Shown here one piece after another: positions 55,764 through 62,865 of a stretch of DNA of 64,000 bases. Position 1 is the stretch's first letter. Each line of letters begins with the position of its first letter. The notes beneath the pieces are model-generated. The model did no database searches. It saw only the letters and a program-made list of their open reading frames with translations, and was not told the origin of the DNA. Position numbers and translations under genes: made by a program. The stretch spans positions 205,591 through 269,590 of the forward strand of contig JAFQQQ010000002.1 of assembly GCA_017410525.1 (NCBI GenBank), given 5' to 3'. Origin of the DNA: Bacilli bacterium (GTDB taxonomy: Bacteria; Bacillota_I; Bacilli_A; RF39; UBA660).

Positions 55764-55806
55764 AAGACTAAGATGACTTATAGTTGCAAATCTTAGTCTT
55801 TTTTGT
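55764..55806 (+). terminator. Strong intrinsic terminator about 125 nt downstream of ppdK
   Basis: AAGACTAAGAT (55764-55774) pairs with ATCTTAGTCTT (55790-55800), followed by TTTTGT. Confidence 0.7.
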
Positions 55807-55839
55807 GCTTTGTGCGACAAGAATTTGGAGGTATTAAAA

Positions 55840-56301
55840 ATGCGATTATTGTACACTAAACCAGAATTAAAAGATTTATCCCAAGGATCAAGAATAGCGT
55901 TTGTCAGACAATTTAGATTGATGACACAAGATGAAGTATCGGATAAATTAGGATTAACAGGTGAATGTAAAAGAAGAACAATGACAAGATATGAGAAGGG
56001 AGAAAGAAATCCAAAAGATGATAGAACTTATGAATTATCTAAAATATTAAAAGTTAATTACAATGCAATAAAAAAATATGATTTCAAAGATCAATCAGAT
56101 ATACTTTATACTTTAATGTGGTTAGAAGAGTTGCTTCCTCGTTACCAAATAGATTTATCGAGAATACCAAGCATTAATGATGATAATATCATTAAATTTA
56201 AAGAATTCATCAATGAATGGGAAGAAATGAGGACAAAAAGATTTAAAAGAGAAATTTCTTACGAGCAATATGTTGAATGGAAGTTAAATTTAGAGGTGTA
56301 G
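55840..56301 (+). CDS. XRE-type HTH domain protein
   Basis: IAFVRQFRLMTQDEVSDKLGL...MTRYEKGERNP. ATG at 55840 preferred (GGAGGT RBS). Confidence 0.65.
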   Translation: MRLLYTKPELKDLSQGSRIAFVRQFRLMTQDEVSDKLGLTGECKRRTMTRYEKGERNPKDDRTYELSKILKVNYNAIKKYDFKDQSDILYTLMWLEELLPRYQIDLSRIPSINDDNIIKFKEFINEWEEMRTKRFKREISYEQYVEWKLNLEV

Positions 56302-56305
56302 TAGT

Positions 56306-57166
56306 ATGTTAGAAAAAATAGATTTGTTAAAAATTGATGGTTTTAAAAATCATCCTTATAAAGTTAATGATGATGAATCTTTAAAAGAACTTGCAAGTAG
56401 TATTAAAGAAAATGGATTGCTGAATCCTTTAATAGTAAGATTAAAGTCAAATGGTAGATATGAACTAATATCAGGACATAGAAGAAAAAAAGCAATGGAG
56501 TCAATAGGAATATCAGAAGCGGAAGTATATGTAAAAAAATTGTCTGACGAAGAAGCTACGATAGAAATGGTTGATTCTAATATGTACAGAGAAAAAGTTT
56601 TACCATCAGAAAAAGCGTTTGCATATAAAATGAAATTAGAAGCATTAAAGCATCAAGGTAAATCTTTGTCCCCTAAGGGAACTAAATCTCATACGGTAGA
56701 TGAAATAGATGATACAAAAACTCAAATTTATAGATATGTAAGATTGACTTATTTAATCCCAGAATTATTACAATTAGTTGATGATACTGTTTTAAAGGAC
56801 AAAAGAGCAGTTTTAACGATGGGTTTAAAACCAGCGGTAGAATTATCATATTTAACAAAAGAAGAGCAAAAATTGGTATATATGGGGATTACATACGAGG
56901 ATTTAACTCCAAGTCATGCTCAAACAATAGAAATAAGAAAATTAAGTAAATCAAAAAAATTGGATTTTAATAGTTTAGAAGATATTTTATGTCAAAAAAA
57001 AGGAAATCAAAACGATCAAATATCATTTAATAAAGATAAAATAGAATCGGTTTTACCAACAGAATTATTGAAAAGAGATAAAAGATATATTGAACGATAT
57101 ATAATAAAAGCAATTATAGAGTATAAAAAAATGAAAATTGTTGAAGAAGATGAATTGGATTTTTAA
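56306..57166 (+). CDS. ParB/Srx-fold N-terminal domain protein (ParB-like nuclease family)
   Basis: NPLIVRLKSNGRYELISGHRRKKAM (ParB box GxRR) followed by a helical C-terminus. Confidence 0.75.
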   Translation: MLEKIDLLKIDGFKNHPYKVNDDESLKELASSIKENGLLNPLIVRLKSNGRYELISGHRRKKAMESIGISEAEVYVKKLSDEEATIEMVDSNMYREKVLPSEKAFAYKMKLEALKHQGKSLSPKGTKSHTVDEIDDTKTQIYRYVRLTYLIPELLQLVDDTVLKDKRAVLTMGLKPAVELSYLTKEEQKLVYMGITYEDLTPSHAQTIEIRKLSKSKKLDFNSLEDILCQKKGNQNDQISFNKDKIESVLPTELLKRDKRYIERYIIKAIIEYKKMKIVEEDELDF

Positions 57167-57190
57167 ATAAAGTAAAGAAAGGGTGATAAT

Positions 57191-58015
57191 ATGGTTTTTA
57201 AGGTGGAAAAAAATAAGAATTATACAGTAATGAGTAATTACCATTTGAGAGATAAAAACTTATCTTTGAAAGCAAAAGGCTTATTATCATTTATGCTTAG
57301 TTTACCAGATGATTGGGATTACTCATTAAATGGTTTATGTTCTATATGTAAAGAATCTGAAGGAGCAATAAAAAGTACATTAAAAGAGTTAAAAGATAAT
57401 GGATATTTGGTTATAGAAAAAGTACGAGGGGAAAAGGGATATTTTGAATATAACTATATTATTTATGAACATCCATATACATTAGAAAAGGAGAAAAACA
57501 ATCCAGAGGGTAAAAATCCACCTGTGGATTATCCAATGGTGGAAAATCATACCCAAATAAATACTAATGAACAAAGTATTAAAGAACAAATAGATAGAAT
57601 AGATAAAACCATAAATGAAGATGAGGAAAAAATTTCTTCATCTTTTTCTTTAGAAGAACATCACGCTATAACTAAAGATTTAGTTGAAAGAGAATATTTA
57701 GCAGAAGATGATGTAGAACTATACAAGTATGATAAATTTTTTAAGGAAATTTTAAAAAAACAAAAATTTACTGATGTAATTTCTATAACTCACTATATTA
57801 TTTCTAGTGTTAAAAGTCGGCATTTTATAGATGAGTTTGATAATAAGATAGAGAATAAATTTGGATATTTAAAAACATCAATTGAAAATAATATTGAAAT
57901 GTTTAAAAGACGTGAAATAGAATGGGATGATGAATTAGGATGGTTTAGGGAAGTGGATAACGATGATAAAGAATTAGATTCTTTTTATGACGATTTTGAT
58001 TATGAAATAACATAA
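57191..58015 (+). CDS. Replication-initiator-like winged-helix protein (HTH_36/RepA_N-like N-terminus)
   Basis: YTVMSNYHLRDKNLSLKAKGLLSFMLSLPDDWDYSLNGL...LKELKDNGYLVIEKVR matches the pattern common in element-borne Rep/DnaD-like proteins. The family name is from memory. Confidence 0.6.
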   Translation: MVFKVEKNKNYTVMSNYHLRDKNLSLKAKGLLSFMLSLPDDWDYSLNGLCSICKESEGAIKSTLKELKDNGYLVIEKVRGEKGYFEYNYIIYEHPYTLEKEKNNPEGKNPPVDYPMVENHTQINTNEQSIKEQIDRIDKTINEDEEKISSSFSLEEHHAITKDLVEREYLAEDDVELYKYDKFFKEILKKQKFTDVISITHYIISSVKSRHFIDEFDNKIENKFGYLKTSIENNIEMFKRREIEWDDELGWFREVDNDDKELDSFYDDFDYEIT

Positions 58016-58046
58016 AAAAAGACTAAAATCAGTCTTTAGGAATATG

Positions 58047-58445
58047 TTACTTCTCAATCAATTTTTCGGCAAAACTATGTAGCATTTCAAGGTTTATATC
58101 GCTTAAATTTTTTGCGATTTCAAATATGCTATATAAATTTGAATTTTTTCTGATAATGATGGCATCAACATTTTTTAAGTCATCTTCAGAAAATGTACTT
58201 CCAGTCTGGTTAAATATAGCTTCTTTTAATTGAAAAGAATCTCTAAAACCTAAACCTTTACTAATTTTTTTTAATGTTATACTGCTTATGTTACCGCTAT
58301 GCTTTTTAGACTCTAAATCATTAATTACCATTCTTGAAATTTCGCATTTATCTGCAAATTCTCTAGCACTCATCGTTGGATGAAATGATTTACGATAATT
58401 ATTAATGTAAGAGCCAAGTGCATCTACAAATGCTTTGTCTTCCAT
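58047..58445 (-). CDS. XRE-family HTH regulator (divergent from the downstream + strand genes)
   Basis: MSAREFADKCEISRMVINDLESKK HTH. A minus-strand gene facing a 436-bp divergent control region. Confidence 0.65.
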   Translation of the reverse strand: MEDKAFVDALGSYINNYRKSFHPTMSAREFADKCEISRMVINDLESKKHSGNISSITLKKISKGLGFRDSFQLKEAIFNQTGSTFSEDDLKNVDAIIIRKNSNLYSIFEIAKNLSDINLEMLHSFAEKLIEK

Positions 58446-58687
58446 ATCCTATCGCCTTTCTTTTGTTCTTTTACTACATTACCATTTTACACTTTTTTTG
58501 AATTTTTGTCCACATAACGCTATGAAATTCATTTTTAAAAAATTAAATTATGAAAATGGACATTTTTAATATTATTTGTTATGATAATAATGTAGTAAAT
58601 AGTCTTTAAAAAAATATGGGAGGATAGAAATGTTTAAATCAAAACTTGTGATGCTTTCATTTCTGACCAAAGAAAGGAGGAGCAAGA

Positions 58688-58855
58688 TTGCAAGAGCAAG
58701 AAGGTTCTAATGTTGTTAAAAGCATCAAGATTGAAGTGATAAGTGGGGAAAAAAAAGGTGTAAACTTATTAACGCAGTTTAGTGAGGTAGAAACAATTAG
58801 AATATTAAAGCAGTGTCTTATATCGTTAGAAAGGGAGGCATCACAAAACCAGTAG
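58688..58855 (+). CDS. Possible small ORF (55 aa, TTG start)
   Basis: My translation is MQEQEGSNVVKSIKIEVISGEKKGVNLLTQFSEVETIRILKQCLISLEREASQNQ, with RBS AAAGGAGGAGCAAGA. A competing 26-codon ATG ORF (58630-58710, RBS GGGAGGA) overlaps it. Confidence 0.35.
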   Translation: MQEQEGSNVVKSIKIEVISGEKKGVNLLTQFSEVETIRILKQCLISLEREASQNQ

Positions 58856-58881
58856 TACCGATTAAGGAAGGAAAATGATAT

Positions 58882-59193
58882 ATGACTAAAGAAAGTAATG
58901 AAGTAGTATCAGAAGTAAATGCAGTAATTAGTAGTATTAGAAGTAAGGTTCAACAAGAAGAAAAAATTACAGTAGATGAAATTGATAATTTATCTACTAC
59001 TGTTAATCAACTAATCACTGATTATAGAACAGTATTAAATGACTATCTTGTAATGAACTCTTTAGCAGTAAAACATGATAAGTTTTTAGAAGTAATTGGT
59101 ATTATAGAATTTGCTTCTGCAAATGATGTTAGAATTTTAGATCAAACAATTAAATCCTTAGAAAAGGTTGTTAAAACAATAAAGCAGAGGTAA
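58882..59193 (+). CDS. Hypothetical helical protein
   Basis: 103-aa ORF with RBS AAGGAAGGAA. Terminator ACTGTGTGGA/TCTACACAGT plus T-run at about 59203-59238. Confidence 0.55.
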   Translation: MTKESNEVVSEVNAVISSIRSKVQQEEKITVDEIDNLSTTVNQLITDYRTVLNDYLVMNSLAVKHDKFLEVIGIIEFASANDVRILDQTIKSLEKVVKTIKQR

Positions 59194-59282
59194 ATAAAAT
59201 ATACTGTGTGGAAAAAAATTCTACACAGTTTTATTTTTGGATATTGACATTTATAAAAAAATAATGTATCCTTTTATTGTAA

Positions 59283-59302
59283 GTGGCAGTTCAAACTGAC
59301 AC
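59283..59302. repeat. Palindrome-containing site, left member of an inverted pair
   Basis: GTGGCAGTTCAAACTGACAC matches the reverse complement of 59520-59539 at 18 of 20 positions. It is embedded in a 10-bp outer inverted repeat, CTTTTATTGT (59271-59280) / ACAATAAAAG (59301-59310). Confidence 0.75.
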
Positions 59303-59519
59303 AATAAAAGAAGGAGGGGATTGAAAAATTTGTAATAGGAGAGAGGTATAGAGTTTTTAATGAAGTATCCGAAAATCATGGAAACTATCTCACAATTATC
59401 AACATAAATAAAGACTTAATATATTATTTATTTGATGGTAGCGATCAGGTTCAATGTTTTTCAAGTAGTAGTGAATTTGCAGTTGACCTTATTAAGTTGG
59501 TCTAATTTTTTTAAAATAA

Positions 59520-59539
59520 CTGTCAGTTTGAACTGACAC
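59520..59539. repeat. Palindrome-containing site, right member, just upstream of the 59553 ORF RBS
   Basis: CTGTCAGTTTGAACTGACAC. The core GTCAGTTTGAACTGAC is a perfect 16-bp palindrome. Confidence 0.75.
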
Positions 59540-59552
59540 GAAAGGAACTACG

Positions 59553-59813
59553 ATGAAAAAAATTAAGAAAGAAAGATCAGTACCAAAATGGGTTTTACGA
59601 AATCTACGATTGTATGGGAATTGTTGTTGTGGATACGATTTAATAAAAAAATATGGTGAAAAGAAATTATTAGAAAAATTAGTTAAATTTGGATTTGAAT
59701 GTAGTTTAAGAGTTGTACCAGATCCAGATGCAAGAACAAGAAGAAAAATGAAATATCCACCATCAGCTTACTATATTTTAGAAGTTGATAAGGTACTGAT
59801 TACTAACAAATAA
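59553..59813 (+). CDS. Hypothetical 86-aa protein in the antitoxin position upstream of MazF
   Basis: MKKIKKERSVPKWVLRNLRLYGNCCCGYDLIKKYGEKKLLEKLVKFGFECSLRVVPDPDARTRRKMKY... Its stop TAA (59811-59813) abuts the MazF TTG start. I can see no AbrB/RHH/MazE-like pattern. Confidence 0.55.
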   Translation: MKKIKKERSVPKWVLRNLRLYGNCCCGYDLIKKYGEKKLLEKLVKFGFECSLRVVPDPDARTRRKMKYPPSAYYILEVDKVLITNK

Positions 59814-60194
59814 TTGTTTTTATCAGTAAAGAAAGGTGAAGTTTATTTAATCGATTTGAAGGATACATATTCAAATGTCCAATGTGGGAAAAGACCTTGT
59901 TTAGTCATTCAAAACGATTATGGTAATGAATATTCACCGACAACAATAGTAGTTCCCATTACAACAAAAATTAAGAAGACTTATATGCCTGTTCATGTAG
60001 TTATTGAAAAGGGAAGTTATTCTAATAAGGATCGAGAAATGGTTTTATGTGAATGTATCTTAACAGTATCAAAAGATCAAATAATTAATCATTTAAGAAC
60101 TTTTGATGAAGATACGATGCAGAAAATTGATAAGGCTTTAGAAGTATCATTAGGAATTGGCGTGAAAGGGAGGAATCAAAAATTAAAAAGTTAA
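59814..60194 (+). CDS. mazF: MazF/PemK-family endoribonuclease toxin
   Basis: KKGEVYLIDLKDTYSNVQCGKRPCLVIQNDYGNEYSPTTIVVPITT matches the PemK signature. The TTG start is translationally coupled to the upstream ORF. Confidence 0.8.
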   Translation: MFLSVKKGEVYLIDLKDTYSNVQCGKRPCLVIQNDYGNEYSPTTIVVPITTKIKKTYMPVHVVIEKGSYSNKDREMVLCECILTVSKDQIINHLRTFDEDTMQKIDKALEVSLGIGVKGRNQKLKS

Positions 60195-60265
60195 AAGAGA
60201 CGTATAATGATATTTTTAGTAAAGGTATTGAAAATTATTGGAAGTCTGAAGGTTGTAATAGTAGG

Positions 60266-60832
60266 ATGCAAAAATACTTTAAATTTGCAAACTTACTAGA
60301 TAGTATTAATGTAGTTTTAAAATATATAATGATTATTTGTCTTAATATTATTGCAACAATGACAATTTTTAAACTATCTTCAGGAATTTATTTGACAGAA
60401 ATGGTTAAAGAAACAACAACTTTAACTGTAATGGATATTATTTTTCAACAAGGAGGCTTTATAGTTATTGGTTGTTTATATTTTGTTTTAGGGTTAAGAT
60501 ACGGAAAACGAAATAAAGACAGTTTTGGTAAGATAATGTATAAAGTTTTATATGGTATGCCAATGTATTATTTAATATATCTAAATATGTGTTTGATGGA
60601 TGGTTTAACAGGAATAATGATATTCTTAATTCTTTATTTAATTATTGTTAATATAAACTTTTTAATAAGTAAAAGAATAAAAGAGTTATATAATGTTGCA
60701 ACAGGTAATATTGGAACAGAAGAATATGAAAAAGAATTAGAAGAAGTAGATGTAGTATTTACAAAACAAGAAGTTGAAAATAAGGATAATAAAAAAGGAA
60801 GAGGAGATAAAAAATATGCAAGGAAGCGTTAA
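60266..60832 (+). CDS. Hypothetical membrane protein (about 4 TM) with a charged C-terminal tail
   Basis: Hydrophobic segments [42 protein letters not shown] and [18 protein letters not shown]. No family recognised. Confidence 0.5.
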   Translation: MQKYFKFANLLDSINVVLKYIMIICLNIIATMTIFKLSSGIYLTEMVKETTTLTVMDIIFQQGGFIVIGCLYFVLGLRYGKRNKDSFGKIMYKVLYGMPMYYLIYLNMCLMDGLTGIMIFLILYLIIVNINFLISKRIKELYNVATGNIGTEEYEKELEEVDVVFTKQEVENKDNKKGRGDKKYARKR

Positions 60833-61037
60833 ATGGTTTAGTGATAAATTAGGATATGGATTTATTGTTTGTGAAGATTTAGATGAGGAAGTATTTGTTC
60901 ATTTTAGCGAAATACAAATGGATGGATATAAGTCTTTAAAAGAAGGAGATATTGTAAGTTTTGATTATGACACAGAAGTTGGAAAAGCTAAAAATGTCAA
61001 TGTTATCAAAAATGAAAAGTTAGAAACTTCTAAGTAG
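60816..61037 (+). CDS. csp: Cold-shock protein (CspA family)
   Basis: [50 protein letters not shown] (RNP1-like KGYGFI, RNP2-like VFVHF). ATG at 60816 preferred (GGAAGAGGAG RBS). Confidence 0.85.
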   Translation: MQGSVKWFSDKLGYGFIVCEDLDEEVFVHFSEIQMDGYKSLKEGDIVSFDYDTEVGKAKNVNVIKNEKLETSK

Positions 61038-61507
61038 TGAATTTTATTGGTGCAGTAGTGCATTATTCCGTTGACTGTGTAGATGAATCTAAAACAGCAG
61101 AAAACGGAAGAGAAATTTGTAGTCAGTATAGACCACTTGTAGAAAAAAGAATTAAAAGATTATTAGCAACACCAATGAACTCTGCAAGTATTGTACTTTT
61201 TACATCTGGAAATAGAAGTAAAAATTCTTTTGAAGAAAAACTAATACAAAGAGTTGCTTGGAATGATGATCAGATAACTAATTTTATGAATAACATTTTG
61301 TTATTAGAACAATATGATAAAATGGCAGGTTTATATTTGAAACTTAAATATATTTATGATAAAACTGATAAACAAATTGCAAAAAAAATGAAAGTAACAG
61401 ATAGAACTTTAAGAACTTATAAAACAAGGGCGTATTTTCAAATTGCAGTGTGGTCTAATAAAGTTGAATATATTTATAACAAAACTTTTCATTTTAATAT
61501 TGATTGA
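61037..61507 (+). CDS. Sigma-70 region-4-like HTH protein (element-type sigma/regulator)
   Basis: C-terminus KTDKQIAKKMKVTDRTLRTYKTRAYFQIA resembles a sigma region 4.2 HTH. GTG start abuts the csp stop. Confidence 0.5.
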   Translation: MNFIGAVVHYSVDCVDESKTAENGREICSQYRPLVEKRIKRLLATPMNSASIVLFTSGNRSKNSFEEKLIQRVAWNDDQITNFMNNILLLEQYDKMAGLYLKLKYIYDKTDKQIAKKMKVTDRTLRTYKTRAYFQIAVWSNKVEYIYNKTFHFNID

Positions 61508-61563
61508 TATATTTGATGTGGAAATATCCACATCCTGCTACATACAAAGGAGTTGAATATTTT

Positions 61564-62712
61564 ATGAAAAAAAGAAATATTTTAATTATTAGTGCATTAA
61601 TAGTAGTATTAGTATCTATTGGTATATATTTATTTATACAACATACAAATAAAATAACTTTAAAGGAATCTAATTTTATTTTTGAACTTGGGGATAAAGT
61701 TCCTTTTGAAGTTGAATATTATTTAAAAGATAAGGATAAAGATAAAATATCAAATTCAAAAATAAGATTTGAAAATGATGCAATGTTTGATACTTCAAAC
61801 AATGAAATTAGAACAATAGATTCAAAGTTTTTAGATGTTGGAAAATATAAAATGTATATTGAGTATAAGGATACTAAGTATCACTTTAATATTAAAGTGA
61901 AAGATACAACAGCACCTAATTTTATTGATTTTATGGATGAAATTATATTAGAACAAAATGCTGTAAATGTAGATTTGTTAAAATATTATGAAGCATCTGA
62001 TTTAAGTAGTTTAACGATAAGCATTGAAAGTGATTATGATATTGAAAAAACTGGTGAATATAAAGCAATAATTAAATCTAAAGATGTTTATGATAATATA
62101 GTTACAAAAGATGCAACAATTAAAGTAATTTCTTATGATGATTTAAAAAATACAGAAGTAACGAAATGCTTAGATGGTACAATATTTAAAAGTGAAAAAA
62201 GAATTGAATCAGAAAAGAAAAAAATAGAAACTAATCAATCTAGTTCTAATAATAATACAACCCCTAAAATAGAAATAGTTGATAATAACAACAATAGTAA
62301 TAATTCAAAGAATGAATCAAATAACAATAGTTCTAGTTCATCATCTAATAATACTCCAACTATTGTTAATGCTACATATAGAACAGATATTTCAAATGAA
62401 ATAGTAAATAAGATAAATGAATATCGTAAAAATAATGGTCAAACTGTGTTACCTGTAACTTCTGAAGCACAAGCTGAAGCTGACAGGAGAGCAAAGGAAA
62501 TTGTATCAAATCCTACTCATGAAGGTTCTTCTTATGGTTTTGGGGAAAATATAGGTGGAGGAGGAATTGGTACTGATTTCTTCACATTATGGAAAGAAAG
62601 TTTTTCCCACAATAACGCAATGTTAAGAGAGCAAAATACAGCAATAGCAGTAAGTATATATCAATATAATAATCAATGGTATGCAGTTGCTGTTTTTAGA
62701 ATGAATTATTAA
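61564..62712 (+). CDS. Membrane-anchored secreted protein with a C-terminal CAP/SCP (YkwD-like) domain
   Basis: N-terminal TM (ILIISALIVVLVSIGIYLFI), a middle beta-rich region, an Asn/Ser low-complexity linker, then YRKNNG...AEADRRAKEI...HEGS...GENIG...WKESFSHNNAML. ATG at 61564 preferred (AAGGAG RBS). Confidence 0.7.
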   Translation: MKKRNILIISALIVVLVSIGIYLFIQHTNKITLKESNFIFELGDKVPFEVEYYLKDKDKDKISNSKIRFENDAMFDTSNNEIRTIDSKFLDVGKYKMYIEYKDTKYHFNIKVKDTTAPNFIDFMDEIILEQNAVNVDLLKYYEASDLSSLTISIESDYDIEKTGEYKAIIKSKDVYDNIVTKDATIKVISYDDLKNTEVTKCLDGTIFKSEKRIESEKKKIETNQSSSNNNTTPKIEIVDNNNNSNNSKNESNNNSSSSSSNNTPTIVNATYRTDISNEIVNKINEYRKNNGQTVLPVTSEAQAEADRRAKEIVSNPTHEGSSYGFGENIGGGGIGTDFFTLWKESFSHNNAMLREQNTAIAVSIYQYNNQWYAVAVFRMNY

Positions 62713-62747
62713 AATTTCTCAATATGGGAAATTTTTTTATGCAAGAA

Positions 62748-62769
62748 ATTATGTGGAATTCCACATAAT
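62748..62769. repeat. Perfect 22-bp palindrome ATTATGTGGAATTCCACATAAT
   Basis: Read directly and self-complementary over 62748-62769. Half-site TTATGTGGAA recurs at 62792-62806 and, inverted, at 62844-62858. Confidence 0.85.
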
Positions 62770-62791
62770 ATTTTTTATGTAGAACTTTTAG

Positions 62792-62858
62792 TTATGTGGA
62801 ACTTTTATAAAAAACATCTTGTAATTAAGGCGTTTCTATTATAAAAAGTTCCACATAA
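62792..62858. repeat. 15-bp perfect inverted repeat pair TTATGTGGAACTTTT / AAAAGTTCCACATAA, 37 bp apart, abutting the recombinase gene 3' end
   Basis: 62792-62806 and 62844-62858 are exact reverse complements. Confidence 0.85.
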
Positions 62859-62865
62859 TTTTTTT

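Noticed and set aside
59308-59505. Open reading frame (about 65 codons: ...IEKFVIGERYRVFNEVSENHGNYLTIININKDLIYYLFDGSDQVQCFSSSSEFAVDLIKLV) between the two palindromic sites.
   Set aside because: It has no ATG/GTG/TTG in frame near its 5' end. The strong RBS AAGGAGGGG is followed by a TTG in another frame that stops after 4 codons, and an ATT start would sit only 2 nt from the SD. It may be a disrupted gene or may be read after inversion. It is not reported as a CDS.
60774-60832. Programmed frameshift or fusion between the membrane-protein ORF and csp, suggested by the track ORF 60774-61037 that extends csp upstream.
   Set aside because: A normal ATG with a GGAAGAGGAG RBS at 60816 gives a standard-length Csp starting MQGSVKWF. 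The upstream extension is just an open frame overlapping the preceding gene's 3' end.
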